Positions 44,824 through 58,600 of a stretch of DNA of 64,000 bases are shown here, one piece after another. How positions within the stretch are numbered: position 1 is the stretch's first letter; every line of letters begins with the position of its first letter. Both the position numbers and the translations under genes were made by a program. Origin of the DNA: Lytechinus pictus (lineage: Eukaryota). The stretch is from assembly GCF_037042905.1 (NCBI RefSeq), contig NC_087252.1:22694001-22758000 (forward strand), in the 5' to 3' direction. A model generated the notes under the pieces. It was given only the letters and a program-made list of their open reading frames with translations, searched no databases and was not told where the DNA came from.

Positions 44824-46309
44824 GTTGTTGAGCCATCGCAAACTAAGCGTAGTTAGACTGTGTTTCAAACAAAATCTTTTTTTCTGCCTGCCAAATTAAT
44901 ATTACTTGAAGTATGAAAATATTAGAAAGGTTAAAATGTCATTGGAATCAATTCTAAAAATCATATTGCTTATTCAAATTTAATTAACTGGCTTAAATAT
45001 GATTATAACCAAAATCCACTGAATTGTATTTCATGACATTCCCCCAAACATGACCGGGGAATAAGACTATCCTGGACGCTTCGGGAGCTAGAGAAAAGCC
45101 AAAGGAGTGCACGTTGGTCGTGGTGTGTTGGGTCGTGCCGACGATCGTGATCCGTAAAAGTCAGGGGTTCGAAACCCGGGAGGCTCCTGAGACGGTTCCC
45201 TGAGCAAGGAATTTTATGTTGGGACGCTTTTTCATGTCTGTCTGCAAGACAACACCAATATATCCCCAACCTCTACAAAGTAAATCCCAAAATAGGAAAA
45301 TATCGACTGTTTGGGGGATATATGAGGCCTAGCTAGCACTGGCAAATGCAGGGGGGGGGCACAGCCGGCCCGTGCCCCCCCCCCCTTTTTTTTTAAAGCG
45401 AAGCCTTTTTTTTTGCTTGTCAAACTTTTTCTTTCTTTAATTTTGGGTGAAAATTAACCTTTCTTTTTCTTTTTTTTTGCTTTCCAAATTTTTCCTCGGA
45501 AGAATGTGCTCCCCCCTTTTTTTTAAATCCTGGATCCGCCCCTGATATAATATAGCTTGTCATATAAAGACAATGATTTTCAGTTTTACCGGTAAACGGA
45601 AGATCCGTTTGGTTCTTTTACTCTTCATGCATAAAATCATGGAATTCATTTCCAAAACGGAATTCAGGTTTTTGCTGTGTATATTTTCAGTGACAAAACG
45701 GAATTTCCATTTTTAGATCAAGTTGAAACGGTTCATTACAGATTTTCAGAAACGGAAAAGACCATTTTTTTTAAACGTCCACTGTCTCTAGCCCCCCCCC
45801 CCCATCTTTTTTGTGAGGAAGCTGCAAATGTTGACCCACTCAACCTCTATAGTAGGTTTTTGGGGGGGTGTCTAACGAATAGGTCCATATCGCACCCCCC
45901 CCCCCCCCCAAAAAAAAAAAAAAAAGAATACATAAATAAAAACGATGGGAAAAAACACTGTGGCCCCGACTGCTTTCTTCCCTTAGATTTCTTTTTGCTA
46001 CGTACTCTTCTCCTCTTTATTTTCATTACTTGAAAAAACTCATATAGGGGAGGGTCGCCACCTGCCCTGCAGCACCGGGTTCCTGCGATGATGCCTAAAA
46101 ATAAAAATAAAGATTTAGAAAGATAGGCCTTTCATAACGACTAACCATGCAGGAGTTACTAAAAAGTAGTGAGGGATAGATTTCAAACAAAATTGTGCTA
46201 TATTTTTCAGCAATTTTCAGTTCTCGTTGACAAAAAATGTCAAAAATTATGTTATTCTCCTGATTTTTTTTCATTCTTTAGTCAGGGGCGGCGATCCTGG
46301 GGGCCGGGA

Positions 46310-46805
46310 GGGCACAGTGCCCCCCCCCCCACTTTTGGAAGCACTGAAAAGTGCCCTTTTTCGGCATGCACGAAAAATGCCCCCCCCCCCTCACGAATAT
46401 GTATTGTACGTGCCCCTTTCACCTGAAGAGGATCCGTTTTAGGTGTGCAAGTGCCCTTTCTCGTATATCAGTGCCAACTTTTAACAAAAATGCCCCCTCA
46501 CGTATTATGTTCTGTGCCCATTTCACCTGAGAAGGACCCTTTTATGTGTGAGCGAGTGCCTCCCTTATCTACTTGTAAGTGCCCATTCTCGAATTAGTGC
46601 CCCTTTTTATCTATAAGAAAAGTGCCCCTCACGAACGTGTTCTGTGCCCCTTTCATACCTGAGAAAGATCTGTTTTATGTCGTTAGCAAATACCCATTTG
46701 CCTACGTTTCATAATGTACGTGCCCTTTCTCGTATCAGTGCCCCTTTTTACCCAAGAAAAGTGCCCTTCACGAATGTGTTCTGTGCCTTTCACCTGAGAA
46801 GGACC
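46310..46805. repeat. Degenerate GTGCCC(C/T) repeat array, probably internal repeats of a MITE-type element
   Basis: More than a dozen (G)TGCCC motifs with recurring TTTCACCTGA and CTCACG. Confidence 0.75.
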
Positions 46806-49800
46806 CAACTGCGTAGCCAGGATTTCATTTTGGAGGGGGCGGTAAATGCGTGCGAAGCGTGCCAACACATACAAAGAAGAATTGCAACATTGTCATTTAA
46901 CCGCGCGAAGCGCGGAAGCAAAATTTATATATATTAATTTAGAACGAGATTCTTTTGAGAAAAAAATAAAAGAATTATTAAAACAGAAAAACCACAAAGC
47001 TACCTTTCCTCCCTTCGCTTTTCCTTTCTCCTTTCTTTATGGGCCCCTTCTTTTTATTTTCTCTTTGGGGACGTTTACTTGGAGGGCGACCGCCACCATA
47101 GGGTTAGGAACCATTTTATGCCTATATATGTGTTACAGAGTGATCCTTTGAAACAAGAAAACAATATTCTCATTACTTATGGAGGAAAAAACTTGTGAGA
47201 ATAATCCTACGTGCCTTCAGGGGCATAACAGGGGTCGGTGGCCAGGGGGGCAAGAGCCAAAAATTTCCCGGTCATATCATGGTATGAACAGGCTTAATGG
47301 TGTAATGAGGCAAAAATTTTAGAGGGCCAGATATTGCGTATCGGGCAGAATATATCTGCTTTTAAAAAGTTGCGAGAGAGCAAAAATTTTGACCTTTTTT
47401 AATACAAAAATTAGATTTTGTGATAGATTTTGACATGATATCCAGAGAATGATATATTTTACCCTTTTTTCTTTCCATTCCTTTTTATTTGGGGGGGGGG
47501 GGGGTCTGTACGCCACTGTGAACAGGAATTTTTTTTTTATGATTGTGCGTTAAGCTCTATGCGGCATGCAGTAGCGTGAAGAGTAAAAAAAAAGAGGGGC
47601 GCAGTATGCTGCATGTGCTAAAAAGCTATAAAAAAAAAGTCCCGAGCGAGCGAAGCAAGCGAGAAAAAAAGCACCTTTTCATGAGAATCTAACTTTGAGA
47701 TATTTTTGACATTATATTCAGTAAATAAAATCATATCCTACACTTTTCCTTTGCTTTTCTTTTCTCTTTTTTGTTGTTCTTGGTTGTAGAACTTTTTGGG
47801 GCCGTGGCCCAACCCTTCCATAATCATATACGGCAGTGCTGTGCGTGATGCGATCCGGGGCGGAGCCCCCGGAATTTCTTGATATCAAAGCCATTTTAAA
47901 CCTCGCAGATTGCCGCTATTTTAATCAAATCGCGGGTATTTACAGAATATAGCTTTTACACAACTCATTTATTCAACCCAGAACTTTGCATAATGAACCA
48001 AATATTTTGAGGGGGCACAAAATTAACATAGTAATGTTGGAAATTTGTAAAAAATCGCCAGCGAGCGAAGCGAGCTGGAAAAAAATTGCCTATTGAAATT
48101 AAATTCTAATTGTGTGATAGATTTTCCATTATATTCAGCAAATAACACATTTCATTGTTTCCATTCATTTCATTACGTTGTCCCTTATGATTTCTTTTAT
48201 TTACCCGTGGGTATAGAACCAAGACCCCTCCGCCTGTATGCCAGTGATTGAACGTAAAGCTTAATGTATTGAAGGGTCCCTACAGGGGGGGGGGGTCGTA
48301 GCCATTTGAAGGTTATAGATGAAGAGCCCCGGCCGTACTGAGTGGGGTCTGGGGCAGAGCCCCGGGAGCTTATTTATTTGCATAAAATTTAGCAAGCTTA
48401 TAACGCAATTGTGTGCAGTTCATTTTTCTTCCTGCTCTTTATTTTCAATCCTCGGCAGCCCGCTCGTGTTATTAAGTTCTTTTTTTTCTTGTCCCTTTTC
48501 TTCGTTTTCCAATTTAGCTTTTGGCTAATTCCATTCTACCTTCATTTCCCGTTATTGTTTGCAATTTTGTCATCTTTTAATTTATTTCCCTTTCTTACTA
48601 ATCATGCTATTGCATTACTTAGGCCTATTTCGGAATGATTTGTTCTTTCTCAAATGTTCTTTTTTCGTTCTTTTTCCGCTTTCCTTCCTTTTCCATTAAA
48701 AAAAAAAAGTTTTTTCTTCGTTTTCTTTTCACTTTTCCCTTTCCCTTTCCTTTTTCCTCCTTTCCTTTTCCCCTTTCTTTCCCTTTACCTTTCTTTCTCC
48801 CTCCCTTTTCTCCTTTTCCCGTTTTTTTATTTTCCGGTGAAATCCGCCAGGGGGCAGCTTGCCCCCCCCCCCCCACATTATTCACGACCAAGAAAAAAAA
48901 GAGAACAGGAAAGAGAGAAGGGTGAAATATGATTTATTTTCTGAATATTATGTCAAAATCTATCACAAAAATGGGATTTTCGTGATAAAAATGTCAATAA
49001 TTCTGCTCGGATACGACATTATCTAGCCCCCTTAAATATTATGGGTCATTACGCCACTGTAGATAGGACCCCCCCTTTGTTTTAAGATAGGGCCCTTTTC
49101 GAAAGAAAATTAAGGTGCCCTTTTTTCCCCGTGCCCCCCCCCCCCTCTTCAACTTCACTCCGCCGCCCCTGCCTTTAGTTCTTTTCTTTTATTCTCCTTG
49201 TAAATATGTTTTCTCCTATATGCTCTATATATTTCATTTTTGCCCTCCCCCCTCTTTGGTCTCCCTGATCGCCATTGGTAGCACAAACGCACAAACTAAA
49301 TAAATTAGGCTGTAGATTTATGCAACAGATTCGGTAATTAAACACCCTTTTGTAGATTTAAATCATGCTGGTGACAACTCCGCTATGCTGGGGGCAAGGT
49401 TATACGTGGGGTGGGGAAAATATAAGAAAATGTGAAAAATAATGAATTTTCAAGCGTCTTTGGTTGTGGCATTGGAATAAAATAGTTACCATGGTAACTA
49501 TTTTATATGCCACAACCGAAGACGCTCAGGCTGATGCACAGTTGACGCTGCCAATGTCAAAACTTTGAAGGGGCGCAATTAATTCCTCCCCAATAATTAA
49601 GCAGCATCGGATTTCGAGGCAAAGATTTGGCACTGGCTATCTGGCTCGATCTGGGCACAATTTCAATCTGCTTTTCCAGGATATGACACTTTTCATTAAG
49701 TTTAGCACCCCAATCCTCTGAGGGATCTCCGATAAACAGTTTTTCATATTTTGTTGGCAATATCACTGAAGTGTTTTTGAGGAAGCAATATATGATTTTC

Positions 49801-51599
49801 ACACTGGGGGAGGGATCGTTATGCTTTTGAGTTGACCCCCCCCCCAATTAACAAAGGGACCGGGGGGGGGTTCTCACTGAAAATAATCAACTATTTAAAG
49901 AAAATTTAAAACAATTTAGGCCCGGGAAAAAGGACAAGAACTCGAATAAGAATACGACCAAATAATTATTATCATTATGACTCGTTATTACCCGGCTAAA
50001 GCCGGGGTAACAGCGCTACTGTCAGTGACTGTACTAAAACTGCTAGTGATGTAGATAGTGGAAAATCCGAGAGTTTTGAAGCTGACACAGCTGAAACGCG
50101 TTTAAAGGGGGTATTTTTTTTTCAGTTTTGGATGCGGGCCGCGCATGCAGGGTATGAAAATCACAATTTTTTTAAAGGTGGTTTTGAAAGACTGGTCAAT
50201 GGTCAATTGCGGGGTCAAGTAACGTATTTAGGGTATATTTTTTTTCCGAAGCTTTTTTGTAAAGCGGACTAGCCAAACGTGTATAGGGCCATATGTTTTT
50301 CCCCAAGCTTTTTCCCCGGGGCTTTTTCCTCCTCGTTTCTAAAATGTGTTCGGGCCCAAGACAAATCTTGTTTGTGGGTCGTATTCTGGCGACAATTGGT
50401 TTAGGGGCCAAAATATGTAAAGCCCGCGAAAAAACTTGTTTACGGGTGTTTGGAAATAATTTGGTCACGCATATGTACAGCAATACATTTGACTGCCTCC
50501 CGCACCCCCCCGGGTTTACAATGCATAAAATCGTCTTGATTATAGGCATAATGAAAAGATAAAGTCGGGACTATACGTATCATAGGATAGGAAACATATA
50601 GGCACTCTTTACGTAGGCCTACAATTAAGTTGACTCATAAAATTTGAAAGTCGTCTTTTAGTTAGGTAACTATACAGTCCAAAAGTTTGATTTTAATTCT
50701 CTGAGCCCTATTACCATAGTAATTGCCATCCGATGGAAAAGTATATAGTTGGCTTTAATTCAGATGAAAAGGGCCCCCATAACAACAGTTCAGGCTGCGG
50801 TGCCGTAAGAGCTAGAGCTAGAAAGAAAAATAAAGGCGTTATATATTACTTGCCAGTCTTATACCAATTAAACCCCTGGCGCGGTGATTTAGCTAGCCTA
50901 TATAATTTGGTTCGGTTTCTGGATGGATGTCTGAAAAGATAATTAATCAGAAATGGGCGGGAAATTTACTCAACCTGTTATTGGCCCGGCCAGCGGCCGC
51001 CGCCCCATGCAGGCCTAGATATAGGCCGCCCTATATAGACACATATCAGATTAGATTTTAGTTTTAAAAAAAGATGGGTGCATGTATGGCGCCAATGAGA
51101 GTTGGAGATCACTTCAGCACTATAAGAAATTTGTAGGCCTAATAATCACGGGAGTTACTGTCACTCCTTTATATAATACAGTCGACCGGCTATATAGAAT
51201 AGGCCTGTCAATATAGTGAACTAGCTATATAGGCTTTTGTCAGAAAGAGTCTGGATTTTTTAATTGCCAAAGACCCCGGCCAAATAAAATTAATGTTGCT
51301 GAAGTCATATCCCCAATAAGCTACTTTTAATCCACCAAGCTGCACTGGAAGGTATTAGGCCTAATGACAATCCGCCCTAAAAGTAATGTTTTACCAAGGA
51401 GTTTTTACCCATGGAGGTTTGATGTAGGTATCTGGGCCTCAGTCTGTACCAGCTGTCTGCATCTCCCCAACGAAACCCTCGGCCCAGATCCATTCGAACA
51501 ATATATTTGCAAAGTTCACCGGGGAAGTGTGCGTTGCACACAGACGATACGTAAGGTACCGGTATGTGTATTGGATATTCTAGCCATGCAATGCTGAAG

Positions 51600-51928
51600 G
51601 TTATCCACCTCAACGTGCGTGCATCATCACCGACTGAAAATAGGAAGGACAAAGCCCAGTGCAGCTCAAGACGAGAATAGCGCATGCGCTTTTCATTCAA
51701 GACTCATCGCTTGCTGGCCAATGATTGGCTGGACACGCTGCATTGCATTGCATACACGGCCGTACCATCGAGAAGGGGAGGATTTGTACGCTATCCGAAA
51801 TGGACGATTCATTTTTGTACTGATATTTTCGGATTTTACAAGTGACTTCAATATTCCGGAATTGGATCGTTGGCATGGCCATGTTCTTTCCCCGATGCCG
51901 TGATGCAAAGTAATTTTTCGTATCGCCG
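51600..51928 (+). promoter_or_regulatory. Putative promoter and non-coding first exon of the PRDM-like gene
   Basis: CpG-richer region with a perfect NRF1-type palindrome GCGCATGCGC (51680-51689), back-to-back CCAAT boxes GGCCAATGATTGGCT (51716-51730) and a strong donor CCG|GTGAGT at 51928/51929. Confidence 0.55.
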
Positions 51929-53951
51929 GTGAGTATTAAAAATTAATTGGATATTTTTGGGTGTTAGCCATGTGGGATCCGATTCGTCGGCTATTTTTGT
52001 ACGCAGTATGTATGCGAGCTGCTATGCTATGCGTGTTGTACGTGTATTGCAATGGCAATGCCATGTTTAGTTTTTGTGCAGCAGTTGTGTGTGTATTGAA
52101 GTGGCCGTGGCATTGTGTGGGCTCGGCCATTTGCGTGTGTCATATGGATTGTTCTTTCTAATGTCTGTGTGCAGCTCGGTGTCGTCAGTGCACAGCAGTG
52201 CCAGTGAGCTGTGCCTGTGCATGGATGCATGTGTGGTGCCAGATCATAATATGAATGAAGAGTGAAGTGGAACTGGGGAGCTGGAGTGGAGGTGCATGTG
52301 AAACTGAAAGTGAAACGTGTTGTGGAATTATTCTTGCAATATTGTTTGTGATCAGTTGTTAAGTTTTTAATTGCCGTGACTCAATGTTACTGTTAGCATC
52401 CAAATTAATTTGACTGGTAGTGGTATCGGGCCACATCGTTCATTTTCAGAATATATAGGCCTATGGCTATAATATTAAAAAAAAACCCTTTTTGGCCTTT
52501 CTTGATCTTGAAATATTTGCCTGGCCTTGCCCTTGGTTTGCACATATGGAGTCATAGGGGACACTAGATTTTTAGGGGAAAAAATGAAAAGGGAAAAAGT
52601 ATTTTAAAATGAAGAAAATAAATGGAAGAAAAAAAACAGAACAGGGATAATTCAAGTAAGCCTATTTTTAAAGTCAATAAACAAACAAAAGTCAAAGAAG
52701 AGTCATAGAAACTAAAATTCCCCTGCAATTTAATCAAGAAAAAAAACTGCCCCACCCCATCAAAATGTCACTCTATAATATCCATGCCCTGGCCTAGTGC
52801 ATTTGCCCCTCACGATTTGATGCCATGATGGGTCTGCAGATCTATGCAGATAGCCAGTATGTCAGAATCTATTAGCCTATATCTGATGGCTGCCCAGGGG
52901 CTGTTTCATAAAGCTACATGTATTAAGTTAAGGGTGACTTATGAGCTGACTGGTGATCCTTTCTTGTGGTAAATGATATTCACCATTTAATGTTCATCGG
53001 TGATTATAATTTATAGCACGTACAGTAGGTTCACCAGTCGTTCTTAAAGTCACGCTCTTAACTTCCAAACAGCTAAATTATGAAATATATATACCCACCA
53101 GATCACAGTCCAAACCAATGATGGAGGAGATGTAAAGCTCTACTGGCATAAATTTGAGGGAGAGGGGCTTAAAGAAAATTCATAAATTTCTTCCTTAAGA
53201 ATGTTTTGGGAAAATACCTTTTTTTTTGGGGGGGGTGGTTCTTATGGCTCAAAAGTAAAAATAGGGAAACCTTCCATAGTGCCTTTTCACAAGGCAATTC
53301 CAGCATGGATTTGAATAAAAAAATACATCTACACTCTAGGTTGGGCTCAGGGTGATTTCACCCCCAAATGCATGCAAGAGCCTTGAAAAATAAAAGAAGG
53401 TGCCCCGGTAGTCCCCTTTCACTGCAAAATATTAAATGTTACAGACTTAAGATATGTATTATTTAGCCTTCTTTTTAGGCAATAAGCCTATAGGCCTTCT
53501 TCAGGTATGTTATGAAATGTAGCCCCCCCCCCAAAAAAAGAAATCCTGATTCCCAAATGCATACAGGTACATGTATATAATGCAGTTCCCAGAGGACCAT
53601 TCTGAAGTTGAATAGAATGTTACACAGTGAGAGAAAAAGTTAGTAAAAAAAAAAAAAGGGGGGGGGGGCTTGCAGGGGCAAAAAGGGGACTCCTGCTAAG
53701 CAATGTTCTGGAGCCAGGGTGGTGGCAAAGCCCATTTTGCTTCCTTGTTCATTGTTGTTCAAGTTGGGTGAGACAGGGTGACATATTAGGATGTGTCACA
53801 GCATCAGGGGGGGGGGGGGCAGTTGGTAATCTTAGGGAGTACAAAAGAAGGGGGGGGGGGGGAGAAAGAGGGCCACAGAACGGTTTGGGGCTGACTGCTG
53901 AGTCAGGTGACCATACAAAAAAAATCACAATCAGTTGAGGGCATTTGTACG

Positions 53952-54905
53952 TTTTTTATACACCCGTCCTAGACAGGGCGTGTGGTATCACGCTCGGTGT
54001 CCGTCCGTTGACTTTTCCTTGTATTTATGCGATAACTTCAGTTTGACTTAACCTACATGTAGGCTCACATAATTTGGTTTGTATGATACTAGCATGGATC
54101 CCAGGAAGCCTATTGATTTTTAAGTCCAAAGGTCAAGCGGTCACAGTGACATGTTTTCATCTTACACTTCAGCAGTCTTTGTAAACATGGTAACTTCAGT
54201 TTAACTTAACCTACATGTAGGCTCAATATAATTTGGTGTGTATGATATAGCATGGATCCCAGGAAGCCTATTGATTTTGAGGTCAAAAGATCAAAGGTCA
54301 AGGTCACAATGACATGCTTTTATTTTACCCTTCTGAAGTCCTTGTAAACGCGATAACTTTAGTTGAACTTATCCTAGGCTCATATAATTTGAGGTGTTTG
54401 ATAGTTTACTAGCAAGGATCCCAGGAAGCCTATCGATTTTTGTCCAATGGTCAAGGTCACAGTGATGTGTTTTCATATTACCCTTCTGAATTCCGATAAC
54501 TCTAGTAGAACTTATCCTAGGCTCATATAATTTGAGGTGTATGATATTACATGTACATGTAGCATGGATCCCAGGAAGCATATCGATTTTGAGGACAAAA
54601 GGTCAAGGTCACAGTGACTTGTTATCTTCTGAAGTCATTGTAAATGCAATAACTGTTGTTTAACTTAATCTATGCTCATATAATTTGGTAGTATTCATAC
54701 TAGCATGGATCCCAGGAAGCCTATTGATTTTGAGGTCAAAAGGTCAAAGGTCAATGTTAGAGTGACTTCATCTTACCCTTCTGAAGTTCTTGTAAAAGTT
54801 CTAACTTCAGTTAAACATAATTTGGTGTGTATGATACCATCATGGATCCCAGGAATCCTACAGCTTTTGAGTTCAAAAGGTCAAAGGTCAAGGTCACAAT
54901 GACAT
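53952..54905 (+). mobile_element. Helentron-associated (HINE/DINE-like) non-autonomous element with six ~140-160 bp internal tandem repeats
   Basis: T-rich start tttttatacacccgtc...gacagggcg with a short inverted repeat, GTCC microsatellite seed, then repeat units marked by GGATCCCAGGAA at 54096, 54254, 54416, 54566, 54707 and 54844. Confidence 0.7.
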
Positions 54906-55577
54906 AGTAGGGGGGACATTTGATATTCTGCCCCCCCCCCCCCCGGGATTTCCGCCCATGTTCCTTCAGATTGAAAGACGAGAGTCATAACCACTAGACC
55001 ATGAGGCCCCCACATTTATAGTAAAGGGCAATTCCAAGCAATTTTTAAGTGGAAATTTTCCAAAAAATTATATTGGCTCTATTTCAAATCTGGATCAATT
55101 TTTCTATCAAAACTCATATTGAATTTCATATAAAAGGGGAACATAATTAGCCACAATTTTTTTTCTTACGCATCTCCTTATAGAAGAATCCAAACCATAC
55201 AAGAAATTCTATACATGGGACATATATTGTTTTTTACTTATAATTTCAATTTAACAGAAAACTTGCTTGTTTTATAAAATTTTCTTTTGGATAATTAGCA
55301 AGGGAAGGGTAATCGTTAGGGTTGTCACAGAAACCCTGATCTATTCTGAAGGTGCCTTTAAAGTTCTGATACAGTCACTCCAATAAAACCGACTCCAAAA
55401 TGACCAATGATATGCTACATACATGTATCCAAACATTGATTTGATCCTTCTGGAGTCTAGTAGTGACTTGACAAGCTAATTTACATTCAATGAACCTAAT
55501 GGATCCCATTGTCTGATCACTGTTGCAGATGAGCTACATCGAACAACTCTTAGAAGTGCATGTGAATCTGTACAAGT

Positions 55578-55602
55578 ATGGACAGTGAGAAAGAGGACCA
55601 AG
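55578..55602 (+). CDS. PRDM-like putative start exon (MDSEKEDQ), within exon 55529-55602
   Basis: Acceptor tgttgcag| at 55528 and a perfect donor AAG|GTAAGT. The ATG at 55578 exits in phase 1, which matches the PR exon. Confidence 0.6.
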
Positions 55603-58600
55603 GTAAGTAAAGCTCTTGCTCTAATTATGCTTTATAGTTGCCTGTGACACCATTTCATGATCTTCCTTCCTGGTTGGCTCTTTCATTGGGTTAAGTGGAC
55701 AGTCTCCATAAAAAAATTAAAGAAAAACTTGTTCAGATTCGGGGGTTGGTATATGGACCTACCATTGGATATTTTCAGAGTAATTGGGAACTTTAAAATC
55801 CTTTGGTATCTGTACCAAAGGACACAGCTACATGTACACTGTACAGACAGTTTCAACATCAAACACCCCCCCCCCCATTGGTGTCAGTAATGAGAACACA
55901 ACTCTGCATACATGTACACTTCAAGGTCACCTACATGTAAATTTGTTCTGATGCACATTGGGAAAGATGTACGAAGTAGATCTACATGTAATACTAGATA
56001 GTGTCAATTTACATCTCAGGATGCCAGTATACGTACACATCTGTGCTTGAGAAACACTTGGAAGCAATACCTGGAAATATTCAAGAAGTATATTTCATAG
56101 CATTTCCCTGCTTTTCCAACTTTCACATTTTCCTCAAAAATTATTGCAGCAGTATTTACCAGTATTTACTACTGGCAGTATTTTTCAGTTCTCACTCTGG
56201 CAAACACTGCATTAAAGGGAAAGGTTCACAAATTACTGAACTACAAATTAGTGAGCTTTCCAGTTCTTTTAATGTTGTTTAGGAAGTAAATCAAATGACC
56301 CAATGTCCAGGAGCTCTTCTCATAAATGCTCTCACGAACCAAACCCGGCTGATTTCTGTATGCAGTGCTTGTGACTCAGCAGAATAGAATCCATTTCTCA
56401 TTTATATTTCACCTTTTTAGCATCTTTCATGCAGTATTTCAAGTATCTTTCGTGACCTTAAAGGGAGGTACATTGTACTGGACAAAGAGAATTCACAGAT
56501 CTACAGTATGCTAAGGTCAAAGACCACCAATGCTCGGGGTTTCAGGAATGGAAACAAAAGATATTAAAAAGAAACTCTCTGAAATGTGTATGGAAATAGG
56601 TTGTAATATGTAGGTCTCAGCCATTGGAGAGTTTGTGAAGGTCGTGATCAAAGGTGGTCAGGGAATCTCACTGCCTGATGCATTAGACTTGATCCGAGAC
56701 TTAGCATGTCTGGGAATCAGAATTGAGGAAACAGCCTTGTGGGCAAGGTGGGGGTCAGTGAGGTCATCGATCACTTAATACAAAACTACAAGGAAGGTGA
56801 ATAACAGATCTACACATCTACAACTATCTCAAAACTAAATGTCAATTAAACCAGTCAACACTTTAATGTACAACTAGGAAAGTACCTTTGAAACATCCTG
56901 AATGTGAATTTACAGGATCTTTGTACATCGCATTGTCTTCTTCACAGCATTAACAAGTTTTTCCCAGTATTTCCCACCTGGGAGGGAAACACCTATTAAA
57001 ATTCCTGAGAAATTGCCATCAACTCCACAGACTCTGAACTGACCAATAAGTTGTATCATTTGAATTATAGTGATAGCTCTGTGTGGTGTTGACTATTGAG
57101 TCAGCTATTGTTGATGTAGGCACTAGGCATTAGCTTTTCAATTCCATGCCCCTTGTCTATTCTTTCAACTCCTGTTTTATAGCCATTTTAGTCTTTGTCT
57201 TTATATACACTTTCGTATCTTTTGTAGCTATCTTTGTACTGCTTGTTTGCTTAACAGGAATCATCTGTTGGTCTGAAGGTCAATATTCAAGCAATGTTCC
57301 TTGAATTGCATTCTTTAGGGTACTAGGGGTAATCATGTCTTATCTTGTTTGATTTTCTTGAGAATTTTATAAGAATTTGTTGAGTTCAAGAGTTTTACCG
57401 CAATGCAGTGCAAGTCCAAGCGTTAAAAGGATAAATTCTGTCTTTCTTGATAGTGTTTGGTATATTTTTGACAGTTACATTCAGGAAGGTACAACAAAAA
57501 TAAATGAACAGCTCCATGGATATTACATACATGTAGTGTTGGAGTATGTCACCTGTTTAGTTTAACCCCCCCCCCAAAAAAAAAAGAACTATAGATGCCA
57601 ATGTCGGGGCCTGTTGCAGAAAGAGTATGCTGTTAAGTGCAACTCGTGAAAGCAAGCAAACTCCCTAGTATGTATGTTTCATTGGTTGAAAATTAAGTTG
57701 TGTTTGATTTTTGTTTTCATTTGCATTTCATTGTAACTCTTTATTCAACAGGCCCCTTCTCACACAGCATTTGCTTCTGCAGGTTTTGCACTTTTCTGTC
57801 ATTTTATTTGACTATACAGCTTAAGTTTGTCTGTGTGTACTGCTAGGGCTTCAAATGTTAAGTTTGCAGTAGTGTAGAAGACAAGACACTTTGATGCCAT
57901 TACAAGGATGAAACAGCTCATGATTTTGGGGATAGTACAATGGAGGATCTTGTCTTGACAAACTTTGCACATATTGTACATGTATGTAAGTGTATGGTAG
58001 CAAAATGAATGTTGACCTACATGGTATAGGCACTTCCATTGGTGCTTGATATCCCTGAGAGAGTGACTTCCAAGCCAAAGGTCATCTACAGTGTCATTGA
58101 TAGTGCTGTATCAGAGGGTCCTGGCTGGTCTAGTGCAGTACACTTTGATACAAGACCAAATCTTTATAGGGAATACGCAAGATACATAAATGTTGACCTT
58201 TTCATTATGTGCAATTCCATGAGAGCTACATGTATCTTATCCCTGTGTGAGTGACTACCAAGCCAAAGTACACAGAGTGTAGTTCAAACCACTTCACCTA
58301 ATTCAGGGTCTTAGCTGAGCTAGTGTAGAACACACGTTGAAGAGTAGATACAGTTGAGGCCAGAATTTTACATACACCCAGGAAATTCAAACAAAAGTTG
58401 ACACTTGCCAAACATCATAAGATTTACTGTATCTTATGAAATATTTGTGCTATCATGACAAATTTGATATCAAACAAATTAGTATGTCATGCCCCTTCAT
58501 CACATTGTTTTGTCATCAGGAACTGAAAAATATTTAGGTGTCATTTTTTCCCCAACTAAGAATCTCCATATTTTAGACAAATTAAAAATAAAAACTTTCA

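Noticed and set aside
45115..45190. tRNA-like sequence with a GGTTCGAAACC B box
   Set aside because: No convincing cloverleaf or acceptor stem; more likely a degraded SINE head. The tRNA-like heads at 25545 and 25246 are likewise SINEs.
45330..49200. Poly-G/poly-C runs as possible G-quadruplex regulatory elements between the divergent promoters
   Set aside because: They belong to fragmented short interspersed repeats (CAGGGGCGG.../GCCCCCCC types); nothing indicates locus-specific function.
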